Below, in pieces: positions 25,742-39,520 of a stretch of 64,000 bases of DNA. The notes under the pieces are model-generated. The model ran no database searches and was not told the DNA's origin. It was given only the letters and a program-made list of their open reading frames with translations. The DNA is from Octopus vulgaris. Its lineage: Eukaryota. The DNA lies in NCBI GenBank assembly GCA_951406725.2, contig OX597824.1:7626001-7690000 (forward strand). Direction: 5' to 3'. Position 1 is the stretch's first letter; the number at the start of each line of letters is the position of its first letter. Both the position numbers and the translations under genes were made by a program.

Positions 25742-26456
25742 AACAAACAAACAAACAAACAGACAAACATGTACAAGGCAATCCGAAATTAGCGAAATTC
25801 CAACCGAACATCTGAAAAATTACCAGTTTTATAAGCGTCTAACAAAAAGAAGCCTAATTAGAATTGAACCTAAGACTTTCCTTCATGCAACTAATGGTGA
25901 CGTCATTGGATAAAGAAAATGTTTTATGAAAATAAAATAAAAAATAAACATATTTAAGAAAAGTCGTTCAACTACTGGTGACGTCAGTGGTTGATGAAAT
26001 AAAAATAAGAAAACAAACATAAGAATTCTACATTATGACAATTAGAAATCTACAAAGAAAAATAACCTTAAAAAAGCGATTATTCTATACAATTATTGGT
26101 GACGTCACTGGATAACTAAAGAATAAAAAAGAAAGATAAGAATTCAACGTTATGATTAATAGAAACTTCGTTACTTTACGTCACATCAATTAGTTATCTA
26201 TTTATTCATTATATTAAATTATTTTATAAGAATTAATCTTAGCATATAATATTTGAAAACATTATTATAATCAATAATTGTAAAACATTTGAATGTCTTT
26301 CTAAATTTATGGCAACATCTTATTGTAAAGTGTCCATCAAAATTCAATAAAATCATTTTAGAAGTAATTGTAAAATACATTTCTTCAAGTCAAAGATCAC
26401 ATGTAGAATTACCAATATTTTACTGTGCTGCATAACTAATAATGGACCACTGATTA

Positions 26457-26598
<142 letters not shown>

Positions 26599-26619
26599 CA
26601 TCATTATTATTATTATTGT

Positions 26620-27520
26620 TCAGGTCACTGCTTGGAATCGAACTCGGATCTTGGGGTTAGTAGCCCGCACTACGTCATATGGTCGTGGACATATGGCGTA
26701 GTGGCATATGGCACCACAACGATGTCCGGCTTCCTACGTCTAATCAGGTGATCGTACTGGATCATAACATCCTACAAGATTTTGCGGTTCTCGTTTTCGG
26801 TGACTCCTTCTGGGATTTGTTCACACCACGCCTTTGCTCTTTGTAGGCCGTGATTTCCACAGAGCTCCGAATGGATCATGCTTTCTACATTGCCATGGCG
26901 TCGTTTTTATTCACGTTGTGCCAATTTCGGGCATTCGTTAACAATGTGCCATACCGTTTCACCCCTTTCACCACACATTCTGCATTTGTCGCTATCGGTA
27001 GTGTTGTCTATTCTGCACTTCATATATTGATCCTCAATGCTTGTTCCTGAGCTGCGCATATGCTTCCGTCTTTATCTTCAGGTCACTCCTCCTCATCCAT
27101 CTGTATCTGTTTTGGCGTTCACACCTCTTGCAAACTGACCGTACATTATTTTTTCTTTCCATGCTTTTTTTTGTTCATTTCTTGTTTAGTTTTTTCTTTA
27201 GTTACACAACTTTCAGTTTTGATGACGCCGGCCTGCTTCGTGTGTTTCAACAGTGGCTCCACGGCATTTTTTATATCTCACCTTTGACTGTTTTCTTCTG
27301 CTTCGATACAGTCCTCGCAACTGATCAAACCTCTTGCACCTTTACTTCTGGACAAATACAACCTATCGGTGTCACTATTAGGATAGAAGGCTCCGTGTAC
27401 TGTCAACATTTTACTGGTCTTGGTATCCACCTTCTTCGTTTCTCTCTTTTGCCATTTTGTAATTCCTACTACATACCGAATTATAAAATGGCAAAAGAGA
27501 GAAATGAAGAAAATGGATAC
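26620..27520 (-). mobile_element. R4/Dong-like non-LTR fragment between (TTA)n tracts
   Basis: KTSKMLTVHGAFYPNSDTDRLYLSRSKGARGLISCEDCIEAEENS, with downstream AAQEQAL and CRMC..RH-type motifs. Confidence 0.8.
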
Positions 27521-28145
27521 CAATTATTATTATTATTATTGTTGTTGTTGTTGTTGTTGTTATTATTATTATTATTATTATTATTGTTATTATTATTATT
27601 GAGTGAGTGAGCAGTGCATGCCATCAAAGTGACACAGGGGTAAAATATACGAAGTCCAGTATATCCATCGTGACTACCCGTCTGATAAGAGTACACCAGA
27701 CACATTGCATCACAACCATATGTGCGTGACATGGTGATCTCATATCAAGATAAACATCGCATGATCTTGCAGGTTAGAATTTTCTTCTGGTCGAGTAGCC
27801 CATCCGGCTCAAAAGGTCCCTGAATAAGGATTGTTTAAGGATGTTGAATGAATCACCCATGTTTCCAAAGGTGAATTATCCAAACCTCCAATAATTCCTT
27901 TCAACACACGGCTATGATGCTCCCCCACTACTTCTGCTCCTGATCAAAGATGCACATATCATCATCCACTAAGGGACATGCTCAACCGGTTAAGGTCAAA
28001 CAACTGACAAACAAATCTGTGATATTGAGCAGAATATTTGCTGTAGCCCATCTTTTATACCAAGACAAAACAATATATATGATAACACTTCCAATCAGTT
28101 AAGATGAGCAGCCATGAGAGCCACTGCCTCATACTGCGTCAGGGC

Positions 28146-28249
<104 letters not shown>

Positions 28250-28935
28250 GTACCAACCACATATTTAGTATCTACAAATTTAGACCTATACTTATTAATA
28301 TATTCATCGTCAATATTTAGTTGTTTTGCCTCTCCCATTCGTATCATTATTCCTCTTTTTGCTTTATTTAGCTTAGTTAGAAAATATTATTTAATGAATT
28401 TCTTTCAATCTAATTTTTTTAGTTTTATTAAACTTCCTATCAATTTTGAACTTATCCGAAATTCTGTCATTTCCTGGAATTTTATTATTATTGTTATTAT
28501 AATTCTGGATATAGTAAATTTTATCTTTATATCCAGCTTCAGATGTGTTGTTATAGTAATTTTGATTTTGTTTAAATACATCCTCATTAGCCGAAAGTCT
28601 CGAAATACGAGTAGATATATTTTAATAATAGAATTTATTACGCTCCTTGGATGATTTGAATGTTTATTTACATATCTTAAGGACTTATTAGGCTTATGAT
28701 AAGGTTGGTATCGCTCATAGCTTAAATCAAGAGTAACATCAAGGGAGTTAACCCTACTATAGTAATTTTATATAGCGATAGAATGACCAAGACGCTAAAA
28801 GAATATCTTAGGTTGAATTCGGTTCAAACGTTCTTTTTCTTAGCGTTTATAAACTGGTAATTTTTCAAATGTTCAGTTAGAATTCACTAACTTTGTACAG
28901 ACTTCATAACGTTGTATTAATATATATTTTGAAGG
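28250..28935 (-). mobile_element. Penelope-like RT remnant
   Basis: Reverse strand ERYQPYHKPNKSLRYVNKHSNHPRSVINSII..ISTRISRLSANE. Confidence 0.75.
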
Positions 28936-29072
28936 ATAATTATATTAGATCTAATGATATTCTCTCTCTTTCTCTCTCATCATATGTATGCATATATATT
29001 TTTTATTTTATTTTATTTTATCTAGTTTCAGCTCACGAGCTGTGGCCATGCTGGGGCACCGCCATTTAAATA

Positions 29073-29143
<71 letters not shown>

Positions 29144-29144
29144 C

Positions 29145-29176
<32 letters not shown>

Positions 29177-29789
29177 GATAGACTTCTTTTAGTTTCTGTC
29201 TTTCAAATCCACTTACAAGGAGTTAGTCGGCTGCCCAAGGTGCCATGTAGTGGGATTGAACACGGAACCATGTGTTTACGATGCAAGCATCTTACCACAG
29301 CTGTAAGACCTTCTATCTATAAATGCTCTAATATCTACACAGCCTTGGTTTTTATCTTATTACGCAAAAAGTTCGTATATATATATATATATATTCTCAA
29401 TTTATCAACAAGTTTCAATTGTTTGTTTTTCTTCCCACTTATCGGGATTGGGGTGTATGACAGCAAATGAATAAATTGAAAACAGCACTAGGCGTTTCAC
29501 TTGTTGTCTGCACACCTTTCACTTTACAAGCAGGGGATGTAAACAATAGCTATTTGTGTACGTATTCGTGAATGTGCGCATGTGTGCGTGCACATTTGAG
29601 TATGTATGTATGTATGTATGTATGCATATGTGCATGTATGTATGTATGTATTCTATCAATTATCCCGCTATATGCAATAAAAACATTACTAAATTTAAAA
29701 ATCCGTCTATGTAGCATACTTGGTGTAAACATCGTTGACAGGAAATATACAATTATGCATCCAAAGATAACATCTTTAATGCTCTAATG

Positions 29790-29851
<62 letters not shown>

Positions 29852-29925
29852 TAGTGTATTGGTCCATGATGGTAAGATCAAGAAAAATGTATTCCGTTTG
29901 GTGAAAGATGATATGTACACATACA

Positions 29926-29961
<36 letters not shown>

Positions 29962-29999
29962 TTAAGTACATACATTTGAATCTAAATTGTTTTGCTGAA

Positions 30000-30029
<30 letters not shown>

Positions 30030-30036
<7 letters not shown>

Positions 30037-30735
30037 GAGTGTTATGTCCGTCTGTCTGTCTGTCTGTCTGTCTCTTCCCTCTTCACGGTCAAACGGCTGG
30101 ACCAATGGTCACGATATTTTCTGGATTATGAAGGAGGGTTATCAGGAAAGTTTTTAGTAAAATAAAAATAAAAAAAATTTCAAAAAGTATGATTTGTGGA
30201 TATTGAATTTTGTTTTGATAAATCACCTTCGATTTGTTTTGTTAAAATTCCAGCAACGAGGATTAACTCTGGATTCCCCCACCCCGTATAATTCGTGAAT
30301 TTAGAGTGTTTAGGTTTGCGATGCTATCCATTTATTTCCCATCGTAGATGGACAGATTTACTATCTTACTATAATGGGCGTTATGTCCGTCTCTTTGTCT
30401 GTTCCCTCTTCATGGCCAGACAGCTGGGCCATTGGTTAGGATATTTTTCGGGATTACAAAGACAGTCGTCAGGAAGCATTAAAAAATCAGAAAGCATAAT
30501 TATTTCGTGGATATCGATTTTTGAATTGATAAATCACCTTCGCATTTCTATCAAATGTTCACCGACCATGAGTAACTTTGGATTTTGGGGTATTCATTAT
30601 ACCAGTGAACGTTTATTCACAGTTTCCTAAAAAACCGAAGGCAATGTATTCCGTCCGGTGGCGGTGAGTTCACGCTTTTGATAAGTCCCAAAGTGGCCGA
30701 AATGCATCTGAGATTCTCGTTAGTCCCTACTAGAA
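30030..30735 (+). mobile_element. Probable Helitron-like non-autonomous repeat with internal duplication
   Basis: Two related units (tataatg.g.gttatgtccgtct...) at about 30031 and 30370, a (TCTG)n tract, and an end at ...tactag. Confidence 0.45.
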
Positions 30736-31313
30736 CGTCTTCTGATATATATATATATATTAAAGTCGTAAGACACCTGCTGTTATCCTGTTATTAACCA
30801 TTCTTGTTTTTTATTTTTGTTTTCGTTTTTTGTATTTATATTCGTCCCTGTTGCGTTTACATTCGCTCCTTTTTCCAAGAAATCTAATGCTCACAGCTTA
30901 GTTTTTCCTTGGGGCTGGCCGCGTTGGAGCAAATATCAGAATTAATCAGCCGAAATTTGCTATGATGATCCGGTTTCTGACTGAAGATTAAAGGTTTCGA
31001 ATGACCCGTCTGTTTTCTGTGTTCGTCCCTTTGTGTATTTCACGTTCTTGTTTCTTTATATATAAATTTTATTCCTATATATATATATATATATATACTG
31101 TTTCTAAACATAGCACGTCCATTTGAGACGTTATCGCTCGCCGAGTAACGCAGCATATTTCCCGTTAGCGAAGTGCTAACATTATGATACATAGACAGCT
31201 TTTTAAATTTAGTACTGTTTTTATTGCATATAATGAATAATTGATAGATAGATCTTAGCTCCTACACGCATTTTTTTCTCTCCTTGTTTCTCTCCTTGTT
31301 TTTTTTCTGTGTA

Positions 31314-31351
31314 TCTTTCTGTCGAAGAGCGTAGGCTCGAAACGTAAAAGA
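31314..31351 (+). ncRNA. Minimal hammerhead variant (CTGTCGA core) in a roughly 200-bp cassette (31255-31450)
   Basis: tcttt-CTGTCGA-a-gagc gtag gctc-GAAA-CG-TA-aaaga. Same family as 44335-44370. Confidence 0.62.
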
Positions 31352-32163
31352 CTTATTCTATTTCTATTCCTGAGCGCCATACTAATACATTTGTTTGTTT
31401 GTACTCCACCTGCCTTCGTTTTTTGTTTATTTTCGTAAACCTTCCCGTTATATGTACTTACATAAATGTACATGCACACATATGCACACACACACGCATG
31501 CATACACAAATATATATTCTTTACATCCGCTGCCGCTGTTTGTAAAGTGAATGCTGCGCAGATAACAAGTGAAACGCCTAGTGCTATATATCTAATTTAT
31601 TTATTTGTTGCCATGGACCCCATTTCGATAAGTGAGAAGGAAAAAAAATGCAACGAAGTTCAAAATTAAGGCGTGTTGATAAATCAATTAGACAATATTA
31701 AAAAGAAAAAAAAAAAAACAGAACTATTCTTAAGTATGTTAATGTCTAAAAATATATAACGTCCGGTCGTCAACTTTATACAGCGTTGCATACAGAGAAC
31801 AAAATCTTTTCAGATTTTACTGCCTGTTCTTATCGGACACAATAGCACAATAGAAAAAACTGCATAAACCGAAGTGTAAAAATTTTAATTAAATACTGAG
31901 TTGTTTTTATGGAGGTAACTTGATCGTATAATTTTAGTCAATGCTAAAGAATCTAAAGAGAAAGTGGGTCTCTGGATGACAATTGTTTTCATTAACTGGT
32001 TGGTTTATTACGTTTTCAGAAGCTCGCTTTGCAGACAAATGCTTTCTCGGGTTCAATCGCACAGCGAGGCATCTTGGACAAGTGTTATTCTAACAATAGC
32101 TCCGAGCAGACTAATGCATTGCGAGTGAATTTCGTACATGGAAACTGTAGGGAAACCCGGCGT

Positions 32164-32207
<44 letters not shown>

Positions 32208-34161
32208 GTAATAGAAATATGTGACAAAAAGAAAATAGAAAGGTGGTGGCATGTTCCACAGTTAGGACGACCATATTTTTTTCACTTCTGGCTCGGTTGT
32301 TAGTGGATATAGTCTTCTTCAACCAGCCAGAGAAAAGATTTAGACCAGTGACATAGTGGAGATACCACAAATTTGAGACACTGTCATATTCTCTGATGAG
32401 ACTAGATTTGTTGTGTTTTCTAACAGTGGTCGAGTGTGGGTCTGGAGTCTCTGTGGTCAAAAATTTGACGTGAAAAGATAGCAGCCAACAAGGAAACACG
32501 ACAGATATTCTGCGATGGTCTAGGGAGCAATTTTCAGCAATGGTCAATCAGAGTTGGCAGAGTGTGAGGGAAACACAAATTCAAGTAAATATGTCCTCAT
32601 ATTGCAGAAAGGACTCCTTCCAAACCGTCTCCAGTGATGAAATGATTAAAGAAGACTTTTTATTTATAGATGTCTTCTTGTCAGAACTAAAAAGAGCCAA
32701 GATTGGTTGGAAGAGAATGACATTAAAAATTTCCTTGGTCAAGGCAGTCACCAGATACGAACCATATTGAACTCGTGGAGCTTAGGTGTTTTGCTCAATA
32801 AACACACACAATGCCCGGTCTGGGAATCGAAACCGCGTTCTTATGACCGCGAGCCCGATGCCCTAACCATTGGGCCATTGCGTCCCCACTCCATTGTAGT
32901 TGTGCTTGTTGGGGTATTTTAGTATTGCTGATAAAAGCGTAAGTCAGGAGTTCCAACGATTCTTCACCGAATTTTGATGTTTTGATAATAATTAATAAAT
33001 AATTTGAACGTATAATTTCAGATTTTAATAAATTTTAACGATCATGCGTGTCTATTTACTGCTGTCATGTCTGTGTACATAATCTGGGAAAACCTTTAGA
33101 GCAGTGCGTCGCAAAGTGAGTCATACCACCCCTTTGTGGGGGTGAACAGTAAAAAGATTTTTTATGGTTACTGGTGACATAGGAAATGGTAGGGAGCAAT
33201 GGTTGCACCTGCACAGTCTTTTTTTTTAATTCTTTGTCTCCAATTTAAATATTGACTTTTGAAGCATTATCAACTGTAAAATATATTAGACTGTTTGTCA
33301 GCCAGAGTCATAGCGATTATGACTATGATAACAGACGTGGGAATGTGTAAAAGTCAATGAACAAAACCGAATACAAAGATAACAACAATGTGTGTAAATT
33401 ATAAACTAGAAACAAAAGTACGATTTAAGGAATTGTCAAAATCTGTTGCATACATGCAACCACTGCACCTGTAGTTTTGGGTTACGTTCTGACTTGTGTG
33501 CGCATATCTTTCAATATTTATACGTGGCGTATTTAATTTTGTTGAATCGTAACAAGGGGACATTAAAAAAGTATTTACAGAAGACAGAAGTGATTTAAGA
33601 AGGGGTTGAGAAGCACTGCTTTAGAGAATGTGTCCTATTTCTTGATAATCGTTGAACCCTTCCGACGGATTTAAGTTTTTTTAAGATTGTGGAAATATTT
33701 TAAGAAATAATTTTATGGAGCAATTAATTCATCGATGACGAAGTTTCTATTTTTATTTAACACCACTTTAGAATGAAGGATCTGATTGTTTTTATTTGCT
33801 CTTGTGTGTGTTTCTACTGAATCTGACACGTTTTGAAAGTATGGCACACATTCTGACTTATTTCCATGTTTTTTTAATATTTTATTTTATTTTTGTTGTG
33901 ATTAAAATTAGTCTCATCCCGGAAGAAATAATACTGAAATTACAAACAACGCCTGTAGGTGAATATCCTCCACAGAGTCTCGAGAATAATAATATCAATT
34001 ATTAGATTGTTGTTGACGATGATGTTAAATTTAAAAACATGGACGTCTCCTTTCAGGAGAATATTAATAAGTGTGGTTAGTATTGAAAACGGGAAACAAA
34101 ATAACTGAAAAAATACTTCGATCTAAAGATCAATCGTGCAGAGATATCATTCTTTAACATA

Positions 34162-34925
34162 AAGGCAGCGAGCTGTCATAATCGTTAGCACGCCGGGCGA
34201 AATGCGCAGCCGTATTTCGTCTGTCGCTACGTTCTGAGTTCAAATTCCGCCGAGGTCGACTTTGCCTTTCATCCTTTCAGGGTCGATTAAATGAGTAACA
34301 GTTACGCACTGGGGTCGATATAATCCACTTAATCTGTTTGTCTGTCCTTGTTTGTCTTCTCTGTGTTTAGCCCCTTGTGGGTAGTAAAGAAATAAGTATT
34401 TCGTCTGCCGCTACGTTCTAAGTTCAAATTCCGCCGAGGTCGACTTTGCCTTTCATCCTTTCAGGGTCGATTAAATAAGTAACAGTTACGCACTGGGGTC
34501 GATATAATCCATTTAATCTGTTTGTCCTCTCTGTGTTTAGCCCCTTGTGGGTAATAAAAAATAAGTATTTCGTCTGCCGTTACGTTCTGAGTTCAAATTC
34601 CGCCGAGGTCGACTTTGCCTTTCGTCCTTTCGGGGTCGATTAAATAAGAGCCAGTTAATCACTGGGTCGATGTAATCGACTTAATCCGTTTGTCTGTCCT
34701 TGTTTGTCCCCTCTATGTTTATCCCCATGAGGGTAATAAAGAAATAAATGCTTAGCAGTATTTCGTGTCTTTATGGTCTGACTTCAAATTCTGCCGAGGT
34801 CAACTTTGCCTTTCATCTTTCCTGGGTCGATAAATTAAGTACCAGTTGCGTATAGGGGTCGATCTAATCGACTAGCCCTCTCCCTCAAAATTTCAGGCCT
34901 TGTGCCTATAGTAGAAAGGGTTATT
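34162..34925 (+). mobile_element. tRNA-derived SINE concatemer (Nin/Deu-like core, four core copies)
   Basis: One head (ggcagcgagctg...gttagcacgccggg), then the core gttcaaattccgccgaggtcgactttgcctttcatcc...gggtcga repeated from 34212, 34396, 34565 and 34758. Confidence 0.85.
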
Positions 34926-35798
34926 CCTTAGCATTGCGAACCGATGCCAAGAGGTCGTACAAGAACGCACGTACTTAAAAATTACGATATCTAAAAAAAC
35001 AGACCAACAAAACAATACTTGAAAATTCCATCGAAGAAATAACATCTAAAATCCAGGCCTCTGCGCGAATTAATTAAAAAGAGCTTTTTAATTTACTTTT
35101 TTTTGTGTAAAAATTATTTTATTCCATTTGAATGTTTTTTTTTAAGCTTAAGTTATTATTTTTTTCATATATTTCTCTGTTGTACAGTTACTATACAATT
35201 ACATGAATTCGTTATCTGGCATTCGTTGTGTCAGTTTTAGATTTATTTTTTTAGCCCCTGAAAAGATTATTTTACCATCTAAAATTTTTGAAACGTTTTC
35301 TTCTAAGTCCAAATTGCTTGTTGTTCATTTAGGAGCTAATAAATTAGTGTTCATCATACAATATCTCTATGTTTCATTTACTGTACCTCCTTTGTTATCT
35401 CATATTTACTTTGAAAATAAAGACAGCGGAGAGTTCACGATAAAATCATTTAACACAGCTATTTTGGAAATTCATTTTATCATAATGAAATAAGGGTTTT
35501 ATTGTTTGTTTTTTTCTACGTTTCACGTTGCAAGTGATTGCGTTCTGTTGCCGTTATTGTTAATCGTATTTACTATAACGCTAATTCTTTTCTTCTTTCA
35601 CTTGTTTCAGTCATCTGACTGTGGCCATGCTGGAGCACCGCCTTTTACTCGAACAAATCCATCCCAGGACTCATTCTTTGTGAGCTTGGTACTTATTTTA
35701 TCGGTCTCTTTCGCCGAATTGCTAGGCTATGGGAACCAACATCAGTTGTCAAGCGATGGTGGGGAGACGAACACAAACACAAACATACAAATATATGC

Positions 35799-35848
<50 letters not shown>

Positions 35849-36286
35849 TAAGAGATAAAACCACTATTAGGCAAATCAAACAATGAAAAACATAAAAATA
35901 AACATAATTAATATAATATACAAAATATATAAAATATAAAATTTAAAATTTAAAATTTAAATTTAAAATTTTTAATTTATATTTATAAATTTTTATATTT
36001 TTAAAATATTAAAAAAAATTTTAAATTAATATATTTTTAAATTAATTTTTTTTTAATAATTTAAAAAAATATATATATAACTATCAAAAAGTATTAAAAA
36101 GTTTAATATCAGATGATAAGTAAAATAATATATATATACGACAGGATTCTTTCAGTTTCTGTCTACCAAATCCACTCACAAGGCTTTGGTCTGTCCGAAG
36201 CTATAATAGAATTGAACCATGTGCTTAAGAAGCGCGCTTCTTAGCCTGCGCCTATTTAATCATGTTTGCTGTAATGTTAAATGCTT

Positions 36287-36667
36287 AAGGCGGCGAGTTG
36301 GCAGAAACGTTAGCACACCGGGCGAAATGCTTAACGGTATTTCGTCTGTCTTTACGTTCTGAGTTCAAATTCCGCCGAAGTTGATTTTGCCTTTCATCCT
36401 TTCGGGGTCGATGAAATAAGTACCAGTTAATCGACTTAATCCGTTTGTCTGTCCTTGTTTGTCCTCTCTGTGTTTAGGCCCCCTTGTGGGTAGTAAAGGA
36501 ATAGGTATTTCGCCTCTCTTTACTTTCTGAGTTCAAATTCCGCCGAGATTGACTTTGCCTTTCCTTATTTCGGGTCGATAAATTAAGTAGCAGTTGCGTA
36601 CTGGCGTCGGTCTGATTGACCGGTCCTCTCCCCCAAAATTTTGGGCCTTGTGCCTAGAGTAGAAAAA
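36287..36667 (+). mobile_element. Same SINE family, two-core concatemer
   Basis: Head-core-tailX-core-tailY arrangement. Confidence 0.8.
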
Positions 36668-36809
36668 ATATATATAATGTTAAGTGTTTGTTTTTTGGGG
36701 GACGTCATTATATTCTTCTGTGTTTGACTTAATCCCAGTTCTTATTCACCTGGAGGTTTGGACCAACTTAGACCTCAAGCACTTTCATTGGTTTGTCTGT
36801 CCAGCGACC

Positions 36810-37490
36810 TTCAATGCTATTCGATGGCATAGAGTTGCCGCCTCAGGTAGTAGATTTACTTTTACTCCAGTCATCGCCTTGTATTTGCAATGAAATCGAC
36901 CCCCTGAACCTCCGCGGTCTTTGACACCATATGGTGATGTCATTGGCATACGTCGGTGCAGCATCCCAGCATCCCTGCTCGGAAGGGATGCTCCTCAAGA
37001 GTTCTTGTGTCCTAGCTGCCGCACCAGGGAGATCAAGCGTCCGTACGTATAGAAGGGATGAGGGAGGACACCTCTCATTGAACGATTCCGAGCGGAGGTC
37101 TTTTCCTTTGACCACTTAAGAACACAACTGTGCATTGCTGCCCATCCAAGCAGTGAAAATAGACCTGAAACCAGCTGATTTTTTTAGGATTACTGCCGAC
37201 TGATCTAAATTGATCATGCCCACACCAAGGCTATATTTGTTACCCATTCTCTGTATTGGATGAGGTGGAAGTTTTCGTAGATTGATCTACTGGAGATCAA
37301 ACACGTTTGTGCTCTTCCGGGCAACCCACCTACGACAAGCGCAAACATCTTTGCTAATATCTTGGCAAAAATTTTAAACTCTGCATTTTGCAGGGGTAGG
37401 GACTGGAAATTGACTGCAATGTCCCCTTTCTTAGCGTCTTCTCTCAGTAGCTTTAACACACCCCGACTTACAGAACTGGGAGTTCTCCCA
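36810..37490 (-). mobile_element. L1/Tx1-type RT fragment
   Basis: NFQSLPLQNAEFKIFAKILA, QTC...RSIYENFHLI and YANDIT (YADD-like). Confidence 0.7.
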
Positions 37491-37533
37491 ATATGCTGCT
37501 AGTTGCGATAGACGTATGTATGTATCTACCAAC

Positions 37534-37611
<78 letters not shown>

Positions 37612-37633
37612 CTCTATCTATCTCTCTATCTAT

Positions 37634-37691
<58 letters not shown>

Positions 37692-38321
37692 GTTTGTCTA
37701 CCTACCTACCTACCTACCTACCTACCTACATACATACCTACATACATACATACATACATACATACATACATACATACATACATACATACATACATACATA
37801 CATACATACATACATACATACATACATACATACATACATACATACGCACTTACATACTGCCCCTCCTCACCAAAAAAACATGCACAAAGAAATATTAGTG
37901 ACTGTGTTATGAAATTCTTAAGTCTTCATTGTAAATAAAAATTTACAAAAAGACAGCTGAATGAAGCTGTGAATGAAGCCAACTTTGTGCATCTAAATTG
38001 TCGACTACACTTAAACGATTGACCCAGTTAAACTGAATTATCATAAATCAAACAATATTATCACGTCATGCATTTGTTATCATCGAGTAATTCCAATGTT
38101 TAGATTAGGTAATTGGATGAGACCGAGTAATTGTGTAATTCACAGTGGCTATAATGTTAGATGCTACTTGACAGTCCTAATAGTGCTGGAAATGTGGAAA
38201 TGTTCCTCAATTTAAAGTACCGGTGGTTTCAAAGAATGAGAAACTGTTAACAAATCTCGCTTCATACAGGCACCATTGAACCTGGTTGTAGTGTATTAAT
38301 TAACATTTTAGACTCTTGTCT

Positions 38322-38453
38322 GTCCACCCTGATGAAGGAGGCTCGGGAGTTTACCAAAGTTTGTTTGCTTCTATTATCGGATACAAAATTTTTATCAACT
38401 ACATCTGCTAACGTCATGGAGTAACTCTGAGCCCTTAGAAACAGCTGTCGGAC
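38322..38453 (+). ncRNA. Hammerhead motif with very long stem-loop II, upstream of a Penelope RT remnant
   Basis: gtcc(acc)-CTGATGA-aggaggctcgggagtt...aactctgagccctta-GAAA-CAGCTG-TC-ggac. Confidence 0.65.
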
Positions 38454-38523
38454 TTGTAATGCTTTCTCCCCTCCAACTCTTTGTGTCTATGTAATCTGAG
38501 TACGTTTGTTCTATTAATAAACG

Positions 38524-38574
<51 letters not shown>

Positions 38575-38659
38575 TTATACTTTAGGTGGAGTATAATGTC
38601 CTGAAATTCCGTAAGTCCCCTAATACTTTCCAACGTAAACTTAGCGCAGACACCCGTAA

Positions 38660-39520
38660 ACTTAGATCTTCTAACAGGACCATTCTTTTCTCTGATAAGA
38701 GTTAAAATTTATATAGAGTAAGTAACGACACATATACACAGCTACGTAACAACAGCATTACACAAACGTATGGGAGGGCTGCCCCTCAAGCTTATGATAG
38801 CATTAACCATGAACCCAGAGATATAACGATTAAACTAGGCATAGAGGATAGGGTAGAGATACTTGTGAAGAAAGAAGCTTTCATAACAATTAAGGACCAT
38901 AAGCCAAACTTTGTCTTTAACCCCAAGTGCAGGCTGGGAACAGCTGAGCAAACAACTCATCAGGAAGATTGGAAACGGCGTTAGAAAAGCTTCTGGATTC
39001 GACCAATGGCGTAACACCAACAAAGTCATAACTTAGTTTAAAGCTAATAGCTGAAGGGGTAGACCTAGGTTTTTCTCAATTCGACTTAGTGGACTTTTAC
39101 ACATCTGTATCGATGGTAGCTCCCTTTTTAAGGCACTGGATTTCGCTAGGGCCTATACTGAAGTCATTGCCGAGTAGATACTCAATATCGTGCACGCCAG
39201 AAGAACCTTACTCTTCAGTAATGAGTCGACCTAAGTCAAACGAACTCACGCGGAAGGCTCCTTCGACAATGTTGATGTGTGCGACCTCGTTAGTTTCCTC
39301 ATCCCAGATGTACTCAAAAAGAAATTCCCTTCAACTAGCTTCGTCTTCTACAAGGATGACACCCTTGCAATATCAAGATGAGAAAAAGGCCATACGCTAG
39401 ACAAGCTTTGAAAGGACCTGGTCAACACCATGAACTCCTTTACTCTGACTGTTGCGGCAAAAACCAACACGAAAACGGTGGATTTTCTTGATGTGACCCT
39501 GAACTTTTGAAAGCATGATA
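38660..39520 (+). mobile_element. Penelope-like RT remnant
   Basis: FITIKDHKPNFVFNPKCRL, DFYTS, DVCDLV, YKDD and VDFLDVTLNF. A hammerhead cassette lies just upstream. Confidence 0.8.

Noticed and set aside
34162-34260. tRNA gene-like A/B boxes
   Set aside because: These are tRNA-derived SINE heads with no complete cloverleaf, followed by SINE core sequence.
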